51,333 nucleotides of DNA from Macrostomum lignano (GCA_002269645.1 NIVC01001243.1:1-51333); one strand, 5' to 3'. Positions 12,232 through 24,228 are shown, counted from the first letter of the stretch. The notes: a model not told the origin generated them from the letters alone. Translations and numbers: made by a program.

Positions 12232-15200
12232 CTTGAAAATCCTGCCAAGTCCTCTGAAGTCCATCTGATCCGAGCAGTTGAAGACCACCACGTACTTGCC
12301 GAGGCAGCGGCCCATGTCTTTCACGGTTTCAGTTTTTCCCGTGCCGGCGGGACCAGCAGGCGAGCCGCCCATGGACATGCCGAGAGACTGGGCCAGGGTG
12401 ATGTAGCACCGATCAGTCAACGGTGTAATTACAAGTCGTTCGGTGCAGCCAAGAAACTCATTTTGATACTCAAAGTTAACGTCTGTAATGCTGATCTTGC
12501 AACTGTCAGTGTCCTCGACAAAGTAGAACCGAGTCTGTTTTAGCCACTCGAAATCCGAAGAGGATCTGATGTGCATCTTGCAGAGCTCGTCGAAAATATC
12601 CCGCTGGTGCACGTGGACAGTGATTAGGGTTTCAAACTTGGTGCGGTCGACTTTAGATAGATCCTGAGTAGTCTGCTGGATGAGCACGTTTAGCAGCTCT
12701 AGAAATGCCTTGTTGGTGTTTGACATCAAGGTCCTTTCAAATCGGCTATTGTTCAAAGCGTATGTTGAGTCACGCGTCCAAATCAGCTGAATTCCTAACA
12801 GGCCAACTTGAGCAGGAAACTTATCTAAGAAGTTCAGCAGGCTAAAGTTTCGCTCGCCAATGTCGTGGAAGGCGTCTACAATTAAACAGCGTACTGAGAA
12901 GTGCGTCTGCTGCAATAGGGTCATGAGCCACTCTTCCACATTGCCTTCGGCTTTTACCGGCTGTCTGAATGGCAGCACGACACCTTCGCTTGAGTAGCAC
13001 TCCGTCATAGTGCTGTACTGCCTCTCGTGAAATTTGACAGCTTTAACATTGTCGAACACCGACAGCAGGTGGTTCTGGATTGTGTGCGGATCCGATGCTT
13101 GGCCAAGAATCTCCAGCAAGACCGGGTCCGATACAAAGAAGAAGCGAGGAAAAAGAAGGCGCTTCTTTTCTAGGTAGCCGGAGAGAGACTTTCTACAAAG
13201 CTCCAGCTGCTCAAGCAGATGCGGCAGCAGCTGGCTCATGGTCTCATCTCCTACGCAGCAGCGGCATACGTTCCTAATATCGTGCGCCCTGTTCATAATT
13301 CGGATCCAGCTCTTGTCGATGTTGCTGAATCGTTTTGCCTCAGTTGGCAATTGCTTGGCAATGTCTCCACCAACGAATGCCGCTTCCAGATAAATCCACA
13401 GACTCTGAACTGTTAGCCACTGTTCAATTATTTCGTTCGTGTTAGTGAGGCTTTTCACCCACGTTTGGATCTCGGTTCTGAACGGAGCGTTGTAGCGATT
13501 GCTCATCAAGGAGCCGAGTACCATCAAAGAATCTTCCAGGAAGGTGATGATCTCTCCCAAGTGGTCACCTCTAATCAGCAATTCGCCGCGATGCTTAAAA
13601 GCCACAAATTTTAGCTCGTGGCTTTCCCACTCAGCGATCACAGCTTTAAGCTTGGATTCAATGTCCCTTTCCTTCACTGCGCTGATGCAGATATCCTCGA
13701 TTTCATCCTTAAATTGAAGCAGAGGAGCCTCTAGAATGTCTCTCAAAGTGAAACTGTCGCTCTCTACATCAAAGTCGTGATTTGTCAGGTCGCTCATTCG
13801 CTGCCAGTGACGCAGCTTCATGGCCTTGTTGGTCATCAGCTCCAGCAGTGGCACCATCTCATTGAAGTCTTCGATCATCTTGCTGAGGTCAGTATACGCG
13901 GACCAAGTCTTCAGTCCCGATGGTAGCTTTCGGCATCGCATTTCCAGAGCTTGCAATTCCGAGCTGATCTGATCAACGTCAATATCGGCGAACTGAATGT
14001 CATAGAAAGCGCTGACAGTATTAATGACGTCGTTGTACAGGTTGTAAAGCTTGGTAAGCAGCCCGAGTTCTTTCTTGATTCTTTCTAGGTCTGGGTAGCT
14101 GCTCACCTGCAAACCAAACAGCTCTTCGCCTCCGCTGAGGGTGTTGTATTTTCTAAAAAGAATGTCAAACTTGTTCTGAAAGATGATGAGGCGGTCAGAT
14201 GCCTCTCTAGGATGGAGGTCGGACACCATCGGTCCGTTAGTTTCGTAATCGTCGAAAAACTCCGCAGCCTCCAGCTTGAACGAACTCGTGTCTTTGATTA
14301 AGTCGGCCTTGTAGCTATCTTGTATGCTAAACAGATAGTTCTGCATCCTGACTCCTTTGGCTTTTAGTTGCAGCCAAGTGTATTTGAGAGTGTCAACCTG
14401 TTCCGATTCTTCTTTTGGCACGTTAAGGTGCCACTTCTCCAGCAGATCGTAGCACTCCTCAATTATCGGAATGATAGTGTCGATCTCAACCTCTCTGTCA
14501 CGGACTTCTTTTAGAGCAGCCATCACCTTGCGAATGTCGTCTAAATCTTTGATCGGGCGATCTAGCACTTTGTTGATGGCCTCCATCTCAGGGAAAAGCT
14601 TCACGACCTCAGATCTGTAGATGAGTCGGAGTGCTCGACCGAATATCTGGCGCCATTCAACAAGCTCTGCTTTGACAGAGAGCTTAAAGCGCTCAGTCAG
14701 AATGACAATTGGTCCGCACTCGATTGCAGAGTCGGAATTATTAACAAAATCTTCTTGTTCAAAGAACTCGAGAATTTTCGTCTTGTACTCAAACAGCTTT
14801 GGAGATTGTTCCTGAAACTGCCTCAGAACTGCCTGCTTATTGGCACTCCAGATGTGCTTAAACTCGTCGATTCTTACTAGAGAACTAATCAGTTCTTTCT
14901 TTTGCACAATCACGGCGCTCGAAAGCATAGAGTACTCCTGTGCCACATCATTGTTTCTTGAAATAAGATGATGCATTGATTTGGCTCGGCTGCTCTGCAA
15001 CTCCACAGGCTGCTCCGTGGCACTCTGATACTTGGAAAGTCGCCTGGACTGCTGAGACTGCTGTGTGGCGGCAGAGTAGCTAGACATCTCGGAAGCGGAC
15101 ACACTCTCTGCAAAACTCGGAGCCCTAGACCTCACTACCATTCTCTCCGTTCTGTCTTCCTCCTCTTCGTCATCACCATCGCTAGCCAAGTTTGGATCAG

Positions 15201-16632
15201 TTTCTGACGGCCATAGAGTCCAATCGTTGGACCACTGCAGCACGTTCCGGCTGACATTAATGATTGAGTAAGCAGCCTTGTTTACTCCCTGTTGCACTTC
15301 TTCCACAGAGGGACTCAGAATCACATTGGGAATAGATAGAGTAGCAAAGCACTGAAAGAGTGGACGCTCAACAGATGTGTTTTTATCGAAGGCGATCATA
15401 TTGGATGCGGTGATGCGCCGGCGTATTGTCTCCAGCGTGTTCTTCGTCACCTTGACTAGTGCATCAATGTTCTTGCCATTGAAAAACATTTTCAATTCTG
15501 TGGCTGCCTCCTGTAGATGCGCTTTCAGTTCCAGTTTCGTTCGGTGCTTAACGGCAGTCGGATCGTCTTCGTGAAAAACTTCGATCGGCTCTTCGGTGTC
15601 TGGAGCCTCACCAATGAGCATGTGGATAAGCTCATTAACTGACTCTTCAATGTTGCTGCTTATCATCTGAAGCGAATGGGCACCCTTCTGGCAAAGGCTA
15701 TGAGTGTGTTCGACAAAAGCTTCAATAGCCCAGGGTTCATTGTCAGGCAGCTCACACAGCGACACGTTAACCATTTCATCAAACTGACGATCGATCCGGA
15801 ACTCTCGCAGATCTCTTGCACGCGACAGCAGCAACTCCAGGTCGGACATTTCTGCACGTACCTCATTCAGGTAGACGTCAGTTCCTAAGCTCATCCAGTT
15901 GAGCTCCATCAGTCCCGGCTTCAGAGCCAGCTTTAGACGACCAAGTCGTGTGCCCAGCAGTGGCTCGTACTCTTCTGGTATTGAAGACAACAGCTGATAG
16001 TAGTTCACAATTATGCTTGTCAACTCATCGTAGCGTCTCCGGATGGTGCTCTGGTGAACTCTTAGTTCGTGAGCGGCCAGTGGAATGTCCATACCGAGTC
16101 GCGACATCAATTCCGTTTCGCGGATCAGCGTGAGGACCTCGGCATTCAGGTTCACTAGCAGGCGACGCGTCTCGGCGTGACGCGTGAGCAGTGGAGCTTT
16201 AAATCCCTCGTGCGCCTTCTGCACCTGGCCAGTCCACAGTCGATGGTAGAGCATTTCAAAAGCGACCAACGCTTCGGCCAACTTGTTGTAATTCTTCACT
16301 AGCCGTTTGCCTTCCTGGGTTTTAAGCAGCTGGGGAATTTTCTGCAGCAGCACCATTGGCCCTTCGATTCGGTGGTAGAGCTGTCTTGCCCAGTAGATTT
16401 TCCCGGCTATCGGAGGCAAATTTCTAGCGATGGGCGGTTGGTCTTTGTTATCGTTGTAGATTCTCACCGCCGAATCCAGCTCCTTACTGTAGATTTCCAG
16501 GATTTTCGAGTACTTCTCTTCGAGACCCAGACTGGGTACATCCAGACTTTCGAATCGCTTCAACGTCTGAACTGCTCGCAGGGTGCTGGTGGCCATGTCG
16601 AACTGGCTGTCAATGAAGGCCTTAAGCCTGGT
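12232..16632 (-). CDS. DNAH5: Dynein heavy chain exon 7 (tail, linker, start of AAA1)
   Basis: TTCCAG|ACC AGG ... TTC AAG|GTGAGG; P1 loop GPAGTGKTET; RFFFVSD linker motif; 4401 nt. Confidence 0.95.
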
Positions 16633-16717
16633 CTGGAAAGGTAAAATTGCTCAAATGTACTACGCTTATATGCAGAAGTTTAAGATTAATTCTTAGGAAA
16701 ACATTCTACTTCAGTAC

Positions 16718-17386
16718 CTCAAGCTCCTTAATATCTTCGTTGAAACGCTCGTAATCTTTATCAAAGTCCATCACTCGTCGATCCAGGAAGTCGTACTTTC
16801 GACGTTCCATGGTGTCGACAATGGTCTTGTAGGACTTTTTGTACTCCTCGATGCCTTCAATGTTGCTTTCTTGCAGGCTGTCGAAGATTTCAATTTTTCT
16901 AAACATGTCGATAATCTTCTTCAGGCGTTTGCAGAAGGTGTCAAACTTGCCGAATATGTAGACTTCAGAGAAATCGAATTTCCTTTCGTTCGGCATCTGC
17001 TCGAGCATCTTCTTGGTGCTGTGAAAGCAAGCCTGGTATTCTTCGTTCAGCCGAATGCAGTCCACCAGCTTGGCAATCACGGCCTCTCTGGGTCGCTTCC
17101 AGATTGTATCCTTGCCATTGTTGGTGATGTAAGTCTTGCACGCGGTGATCATCTGGTTGGTCACTTTGAAGAACAGCGGTGTCAGACTCTCAGAGGTGTT
17201 GTAGAAACGCGAGACGCTGTTAATCATTCGAATACCGTTGATGAGTCTCGGAATCATTGGCACCATCTTCACGGGGTCGCTGTGGTACAATGGCATGCAG
17301 TGCTCATCCAGAGTGTACAGGAATCTCACGTTGTCCTTGGCTTCATTGGCGTTGTCTGTGACCTCGCGGTCCATTGCTTGCCATTC
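16718..17386 (-). CDS. DNAH5: Dynein heavy chain exon 6 (tail)
   Basis: TTCAG|GAA TGG ... GAG|GTACTG; NEAKDNVRFL motif. Confidence 0.9.
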
Positions 17387-17533
17387 CTGAATTAATAAGA
17401 ATATCAACTTGAGTGTGGAAGGCATCCCTTGCCCCTCTTGCCTGATCGACAAGACATGATCACCTGATTTAACCCGGGTTCAAAGAAGACAAATAATTAA
17501 GACCCATGAGCATCCACTGAAAATCTAACTCAC

Positions 17534-17874
17534 CTCTTTAACTTTGGACTTGGCCAGATGCAGCACGGCCAGCACCTGAGTTACCTGGCGATTCTTGAGC
17601 TCGTCCAATAGCGAATAGTACTTGGCTAGGCGCCGCTTCCAGTATTCGAGCTCCGACCGTGGACCAACGTCGTCTCTAACGCGCAGGATTTGCTCCGACT
17701 CCGTCATCACCCGGTCGATGTGCGCCATCCAACCGCGGGCGATGGCTTCAACCTCGGCTAGCAGCTCAGCATTCGCTGCCACGGACGGAAGCGACTGCGT
17801 ACTCTTCAGCTGCGACGCCAGGTGCTCGGGACACGGAGAAAGCTTCACCTTGGACTCGATTGTGTCACGTGAAT
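17534..17874 (-). CDS. DNAH5: Dynein heavy chain exon 5
   Basis: TTTCAG|AT TCA CGT (only nearby phase-1 acceptor) ... GAG|GTGAGT; GPRSELEYWK motif. Confidence 0.85.
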
Positions 17875-17904
17875 CTGAAATGTGGAGTGAAGTCTTGATG
17901 CTTG

Positions 17905-17905
17905 C

Positions 17906-17958
<53 letters not shown>

Positions 17959-17983
17959 CACAGACAGACACACAGACAGACAC

Positions 17984-18063
<80 letters not shown>
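17905..18063. repeat. (GACA)n microsatellite, ~40 units, fills most of dynein intron 4
   Basis: Direct; source of the CLSV/DRQT pseudo-ORFs. Confidence 0.97.
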
Positions 18064-18064
<1 letters not shown>

Positions 18065-18077
18065 ATGCCAGTCTCAC

Positions 18078-18506
18078 TATTCAGCAGGGTGACAAAGTCG
18101 TCCAGGCTGTTAATGAAGCGACTCCGAGTGATTTCGTGCTCGTCGCCATTCAACTGGCCCCATCCGTGACCACCGTCGAGCGCCTTCAGCTGGGGCAGCA
18201 GGACGCTAGACAGAAGCTGCTCAACCCCGGCAATGGCGCCGCCATTGGAGCAGTCGAGCTGCATCAGATTGGCCTCCCTGCCGATGTTCTCCAGCGTGAT
18301 TGGCCGTTCGTTGTTGCAGCGCATGAACAGGGCGCACATGCCGTCAACTTGGTCGGTGGTGCCGTTGGTGACGAATAGCTTCGGCCGTCGCTGCGGCCGC
18401 GTGTTCGCAGATTGGAACCGGACAGGCTGGGGGCGAATGCCTGGGATTGGGATTGGTGGCATGGGTTTTATGATGGAGTGTCTGGCTCGAATGGGTAAGG
18501 TTATTG
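18078..18506 (-). CDS. DNAH5: Dynein heavy chain exon 4
   Basis: TTCAAG|CA ... AAT A|GTGAGA; KLFVTNG...WGQLN...FINSLDDFVTLL fits the DNAH5 N-terminus; 5' boundary less certain. Confidence 0.8.
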
Positions 18507-18529
18507 CTTGAAGAACCGATTATTGCATC

Positions 18530-20010
18530 TTAGTGGGCGCCCCTGTCTCTTGGTGGGCGCCCCTGTCTCTTGGTGGGCGCCACTGTCTTTTGGTGGGCGC
18601 CTGTCTATTTGACGGGCGCCCTGTCTCTTGGTGGGCGCCCCTTTCTCTTGGTGGGCGCCCCTGTTTCTTGGTGGGCGCCCCTGTCTCTTGGTGGGCGCCC
18701 CTGTCTCTTGGTGGAAGTCCCTGTCTCTTGGTGGGCGCCCCTGTCTCTTGGTGGGCGCCCCTGTCTCTTGGTGGAAGTCCCTGTCTCTTGGTGGGCGCCC
18801 CTGTCTCTTGGTGGGCGCCCCTGTCTCTTGGTGGAAGTCCCTGTCTCTTGGTGGGCGCCCCTGTCTCTTGGTGGGCGCCCCTGTCTCTTGGTGGAAGTCC
18901 CTGTCTCTTGGTGGGCGCCCCTGTTTCTTGGTGGGCGCCCCTGTCTCTTGGTGGGCGCCCCTGTCTCTTGGTGGTCGCCCTGTCTCTTGGTGGGTGCCCC
19001 TGTCTCTTGGTGGGCGCCCCTGTCTCTTGGTGGACGCCCCTGTCTCTTGATGGGCGCCCCTGTCTCTTGGTGGGCGCCCCCGTCTTTTTGTGGGCGCCCC
19101 CGTCTCTTTGTGGGCGCCCCTGTCTCTTGGTGGGCGCCACTGTCTTTTGGTGGGCGCCTGTCTATTTGACGGGCGCCCTGTCTCTTGGTGGGCGCCCCTT
19201 TCTCTTGGTGGGCGCCCCTTTCTCTTGGTGGGCGCCCCTTTCTCTTGGTGGGCGCCCCTGTTTCTTGGTGGGCGCCCCTGTCTCTTGGTGGGCGCCCCTG
19301 TCTCTTGGTGGAAGTCCCTGTCTCTTGGTGGGCGCCCCCGTCTTTTTGTGGGCGCCCCCGTCTCTTTGTGGGCGCCCCTGTCTCTTGGTGGGCGCCACTG
19401 TCTTTTGGTGGGCGCCTGTCTATTTGACGGGCGCCCTGTCTCTTGGTGGGCGCCCCTTTCTCTTGGTGGGCGCCCCTTTCTCTTGGTGGGCGCCCCTGTT
19501 TCTTGGTGGGCGCCCCTGTCTCTTGGTGGGCGCCCCTGTCTCTTGGTGGAAGTCCCTGTCTCTTGGTGGGCGCCCCTGTCTCTTGGTGGGCGCCCCTGTC
19601 TCTTGGTGGAAGTCCCTGTCTCTTGGTGGGCGCCCCTGTTTCTTGGTGGGCGCCCCTGTCTCTTGGTGGACGCCCTGTCTCTTGGTGGGTGCCCCTGTCT
19701 CTTGGTGGGTGCCCCTGTCTCTTGGTGGACGCCCCTGTCTCTTGATGGGCGCCCCTGTCTCTTGGTGGGCGCCCCTGTCTCTTGGTGGGCGCCCCCGTCT
19801 CTTGGTGGGCGCCCCCGTCTCTTTGTGGGCGCCCCTGTCTCTTGGTGGGCGCCACTGTCTTTTGGTGGGCGCCCTGTCTCTTGGTGGGCGCCCCTTTCTC
19901 TTGGTGGGCGCCCCTGTTTCTTGGTGGGCGCCCCTGTTTCTTGGTGGGCGCCCCTGTTTCTTGGTGGGCGCCCCTGTTTCTTGGTGGGCGCCCCTGTTTC
20001 TTGGTGCCCG
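18530..20010. repeat. 20-bp GC-rich minisatellite (TGGTGGGCGCCCCTGTCTCT), ~74 copies, with 60-bp higher-order unit
   Basis: Lines starting 18721, 18781 and 18841 are identical (60-nt period); diagnostic block GCCACTGTCTTTTGG...CTATTTGACGG recurs near 18579, 19136, 19393. Confidence 0.95.
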
Positions 20011-20081
20011 TGCCTCTTTGATGAGCGGCCCTAACTGTCTCCTCTATCCTCACTTTTATCCTCGCAATACAATATCCTCAC

Positions 20082-20169
20082 TTTTCGACCTGTGATGCCG
20101 CGACTCCTGGTAGTGAAAAATCAAACGCTGGATTCCGCCTTCGCAAAAGAAGCTGTCAATGAGGTCCAG
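20082..20169 (-). CDS. DNAH5: Dynein heavy chain exon 3
   Basis: TTTCAG|CTG GAC CTC (LDLIDSFFCEGGIQRLIFHYQE) ... A|GTGAGG; alternative donor at 20089 possible. Confidence 0.75.
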
Positions 20170-20336
20170 CTGAAATGAGAAAACGATTATGCTCAAAATA
20201 CATACTTGAATCGAATAATGTGATCAGGCATTCTACGCGGGTAATTAAGTTAATTAAAGTCTAGAGCAATCGTCTCTGCTGTGCAATCTACTGTTGTTTA
20301 AGTAGATTTTGTATTAAAGAAAATCCTTGAACTCAC

Positions 20337-20471
20337 GCTCTCAGTCTCCAGCATCGCATCTTCAACATCTTCGGGCTCTTGATCGAAGAAGTCGGCAACC
20401 CGATCGAACAGGTAGCGGTGGCGATCGTCCAGTCTGGCTCGATTGTTCTCCCGCTTGATTCGGGCCGCTTG
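20337..20471 (-). CDS. DNAH5: Dynein heavy chain exon 2
   Basis: ATCCAG|CAA ... AGC|GTGAGT; RARLDDRHRYLFDRVADFFDQEPEDVEDAMLE resembles the DNAH5 N-terminus (LDARHNYLF...EVEDAILE, recalled). Confidence 0.8.
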
Positions 20472-20504
20472 CTGGATTGGGGCATTGGTTCGAACTTAGG
20501 AGAG

Positions 20505-20877
20505 ACTTCAGGGGTGTGATCGCTTCAGGATAGGGGTGTGATCACTTCAGGATAGGGGTGTGATCACTTCAGGATAGGGGTGTGATCACTTCAGGATAGG
20601 GGTGTGATTGCTACAGGACAGGGGTGTGATCACTTCAGGATAGGGGTGTGATTGCTACAGGACAGGGGTGTGATCACTTCAGGATAGGGGTGTGATCACT
20701 TCAGGATAGGGGTGTGATCACTTTAGGACAGAGTTGTGATCGCTTCAGGACAGGGGCCTGTGATCGCTCCAGGACAGAGGCCTATGATCGCTTCAGAACA
20801 GGGGTGTGATCAAGACAGCAGTGATCAACTCAAGACAGCAGTGATCAACTCAAGACAGCAGTGATCAACTCAAGACA
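20505..20877. repeat. 22-bp minisatellite (ACTTCAGGATAGGGGTGTGATC, ~14 copies) then 3x 20-bp AAGACAGCAGTGATCAACTC; dynein intron 1
   Basis: Periods read directly. Confidence 0.92.
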
Positions 20878-21029
20878 AAAACAATTGACCATGCAACTGA
20901 AGATGGCGGTACCACCAGAAATTTGATGTGATTTGAAGATTTAAGTTGGCATACGCTCGTACAGTATAGGTCTCTTGTCTTCTAAAGTAGGCATTTACAG
21001 AAAAGTAAGCTAGACCTGACGAAACTTAC

Positions 21030-21083
21030 GTTAGTCTCCATGCGGAGCCTGCCAGCAAAGCTAGCTCGACTATCCGCAGCCAT
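21030..21083 (-). CDS. DNAH5: Dynein heavy chain exon 1 (MAADSRASFAGRLRMETN)
   Basis: ATG at 21083, donor AAC|GTAAGT, phase 0 fits exon 2; full model gives 4640 aa, the expected size for the family. Confidence 0.7.
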
Positions 21084-21261
21084 GGGCTTGAAAATAAATA
21101 TTAAAGAACTCTTCTTTAGTAACTTGATTTAACTTTCAAAAAATTAAACTCCAGAAAAAGCTTTTTTTCGAGCTTTAACACATGCAAGAACTCAAAGTTG
21201 CTGGCATTTTAGTAGGGCTAGGAGTTGCCTTAACTACAGGTATTGGCAGAATAGAAGCCCC

Positions 21262-21448
21262 GTTGCTTAGGTGATGCATTATCGCTAACACCAAACCCCC
21301 GGTCCTATTAAGCTTCTATAGATAACACCAGCGTATGCGCATTGAGCACGCGTTACATACATTAATAACGTTTCAATGTGCTGCTTTTCAAGCTACTTAA
21401 CTTCAGTCAGTAAGATCTGCAGTCTCTACCTGTTGTCACTATAGCAAC
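21262..21448. promoter_or_regulatory. RFX X-box-like motifs upstream of the ciliary dynein
   Basis: GTCACTATAGCAAC 21435-21448 fits RTHNYY-WT-RRNRAC; weaker GTTGCTTAGGTGAT 21262-21275. RFX control of ciliary genes is established; function here is inferred. Confidence 0.5.
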
Positions 21449-21675
21449 GTAGATTAAACAAGACGATCTCTCTCTCTGCCTGCGCCTCTCCTTAATGTGA
21501 TCATATTATCTTTCGTCGAATAGCTGTTTCTGTAAAGTCTTTTGAGCTGGGTGGCAGCATGCATGCAGTGTCACTCGCTGATTTGTAGGTAAGAATTAGA
21601 CACACTATTAGGGTAATATACAATGTTTGTTCAGAAGCTGTAGAGACAAACAGTCGGTTGTAAGTTGCTTTCTTT

Positions 21676-22125
21676 TCGGCTCACGGGGGTATTGCTGAGA
21701 TGCCAAGGCTCACGGGGGGATTGCTGAGATGCCAAGGCTCACGGGGGGATTGCTGAGGTTACAAGGCTCACGGGGGGATTGCTGAGATGCCAAGGCTCAC
21801 GGGGGAATTGCGGAGTCAAGGCACACGGGGGAATTGCGGAGTTGTCAAGGCACACGGGAAATTGCGGAATTGTCAAGGCACACGGGGAATTGCGGAATTG
21901 TCAAGGCACACGGGGGAATTGCGGAGTTGTCAAGGCACACGGGAAATTGCGGAATTGTCAAGGCACACGGGGAATTGCGGAATTGTCAAGGCACACGGGG
22001 GAATTGCGGAGGTTTCAAGACACACGGGGGAATTGCGGAGGTGTCAAGGCACACGGGGGAATTGCTGAGATGTCAAGGCACACGGGGGAATTGCGGTGTC
22101 AAGGCTCACGGGGGAATTGCGAAGA
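21676..22125. repeat. 28-30-bp minisatellite (CAAGGCACACGGGGGAATTGCGGAGTTGT), ~15 copies, intergenic
   Basis: Direct periodicity. Confidence 0.92.
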
Positions 22126-22657
22126 TACACGTGTAGTAAGATGGTTAAAATTAAAATTGGTTTAAAATTTGAAATCAACTTACTGAAATACGAGTAAAAA
22201 TGAATATCAAGTCAATAAACAAAGCATATAGATTTACACAAATTGCAGAACAAAACACTCCCACAGAGCTTGTATTGTATATTATGGTCGCATAGAATTA
22301 AAGTGGCGGGTAGTTAGCAACAGTAGTATGTGTTGTGGTTTATGTAATTTTTTGCATTTATAACGTAATATATAATATTAGAGAATGAATTTATTTACAA
22401 AAGATGACAAGACAGTCCTTCTGTATTATTTTATTTAAAACGAAACCTTTTCATATAACCTGCATATAGACTACTAATAAGAGAGCATGGATATCAGTAG
22501 TTAATATAAAATAGCGAAAATTATTAGTTGGATTATTTAATCAATAGTTGAATGCAGCTGGCAAACACGGTGAGACACCCCCCCCTCTGTCAGAAAATGA
22601 TTAACTAAGGCTTGAACAGTAACTATCAATACAGATATATAGTTTAGTCAATACAGA

Positions 22658-23295
22658 TTAAAACCTCAAATGAGTCTTGTGCTTCCGCATAAACAGATCC
22701 AATTCATCCCAGAACTGCTGCAGAACCGCTCTGTCCAGATGCCGCTTGTGCCGATCCAGCTGCAGCACGGTGACATTCCACTGCAGCACATTGGCATCAG
22801 TTGGCATGTCGGCAAACTTCAAATGGAAAGCCTTCACTCTGGCAAAAATGTCCACAGGATTGCCGCCGCCGATTGGCCAGTTCTTGAACTGCCAGGCCGG
22901 GCCCTGGACGAACACGGCTACAACCCGCGACCACTCGTCCGCTGTGAGCTTCTGCGGCTGGTCAACAACGCGAAACGGCACCGTTGTAGTGCCGTCCGGT
23001 CGCATTCGTTGAATCAGTGCTTCGTTTTCTCGACGAGCGCCTGCGGCGCGTTTATCTTCGATAGAAACAAATCGTTTCTCTAGCAGGATGTCTTTAGCGT
23101 TGAGCATAGAGATGAGGCTAGCGGTGGCCGGTATGATTATGATAGGAGTTCGGCTTGTGCGCTTCTGCTGACTGGACGGTGTTGAGTTCGTCGACAAGTT
23201 GCCAACTAGCGGCGAAGCTGGAACTGGCGTCCGGGGAGTGCCGGAGCCTGCGGGGTGAACAGGAACAGGTGAAGCTCGGTGCATACATTCGAGTC
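22658..23295 (-). CDS. CDC73: Parafibromin (PAF1 complex) exon 5, C-terminal Ras-like domain
   Basis: AATAG|GA (phase 1); [47 protein letters not shown] are hallmark CDC73 motifs; TAA at 22658-22660. Confidence 0.93.
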
Positions 23296-23327
23296 CTATT
23301 GTGAGTAGTACATTGCAGACACTGAAT

Positions 23328-23647
23328 CTGATTAATTGATTGATTACACCTGCCCCAATGGGCCAGTTGTGCAACCGACAGCTCAGCCGCAGCTATTGCG
23401 CGGCGCATCGGAAGGCTGCGTACGGCTGTTCAGTCTAAGGACTGGGGGGGGGGGTCGCCTTACACACCCTCAATTACCCCAGCTAATGCTGGCACCCATT
23501 TTACAGCTGGGTGAACTGAAGCAATGCAGACTTGAACTGTCTTGCTCAAAGACACAAATTGTTCCAGTAGTATCAGGAATCAAACCCCCGACCTTTTAGT
23601 CGGGAGTCCGACGGTCTAACCGCTACTCTACAACCCCTACAGCCCCT
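23328..23647 (-). mobile_element. tRNA-derived SINE with CORE-like domain and 11-bp TSD
   Basis: Minus-strand A box TAGAGTAGCGG, B box GGTTTGATTCC; + strand CCCATTTTACAGCTGGGTGAACTGAAGC...CTTGCTCAAAGACACA resembles the MIR CORE (recalled); (AATC)-like tail; AGACACTGAAT at 23317-23327 and 23648-23658. Confidence 0.8.
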
Positions 23648-23782
23648 AGACACTGAATAGAATAATTTTGATGCTTGTGACGTGCATGGGGTTGCTTCTA
23701 AAATATGAGATTCTAGCTTATCACATAAACTCTCATGATCAAACTCTCGACTAGGAAGTTGGATTAAAAGTGAGATTCCCAG

Positions 23783-24228
23783 CAGAGATTATCTCACAGT
23801 GAGATTCCCACCAGAGAATATGATCTCACAGTGAAATTCCCAGAAGAGAATATGATCTCACAGTGAGATTCCCAGCAGAGAAGATGATCTCACAGTGAGA
23901 TTCCCAGAAGAGAATATGATCTCACAGTGAGATTCCCAGCAGAGAAGATGATCTCACAGTGAGATTCCCAACAGAGAATTTGATCTCACAGTGAGATTCC
24001 CAGCACAGAATATGATCTCACAGTGAGATTCCCAACAGAGAATATCATCTCACAAAGATTCCCAACAGAGAATATGATCTCACAGTGAGATTCCCAACAG
24101 AGAATATGATCTCACAGTGAGATTCCCAACAGAGAATATCATCTCACAAAGATTCCCAACAGAGAATATGATCTCACAGTAAGACTCCCAGCAGAGAATA
24201 TGATCTCACAGTGGGATTCCCAGCAGAG
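23783..24228. repeat. 32-bp minisatellite containing palindrome ATCTCAC-A-GTGAGAT, ~14 copies; CDC73 intron 4
   Basis: Direct periodicity (e.g. GATCTC at 23822 and 23854). Confidence 0.93.

Noticed and set aside
2748-17395. + strand ORFs antisense to dynein exons
   Set aside because: Shadow ORFs typical of GC-rich coding DNA; no recognisable domains.
18520-20095. Overlapping ORFs on both strands (WWAPLSLGG, HQETGAPTKRQG)
   Set aside because: Artefacts of the 20-bp minisatellite inside dynein intron 3.
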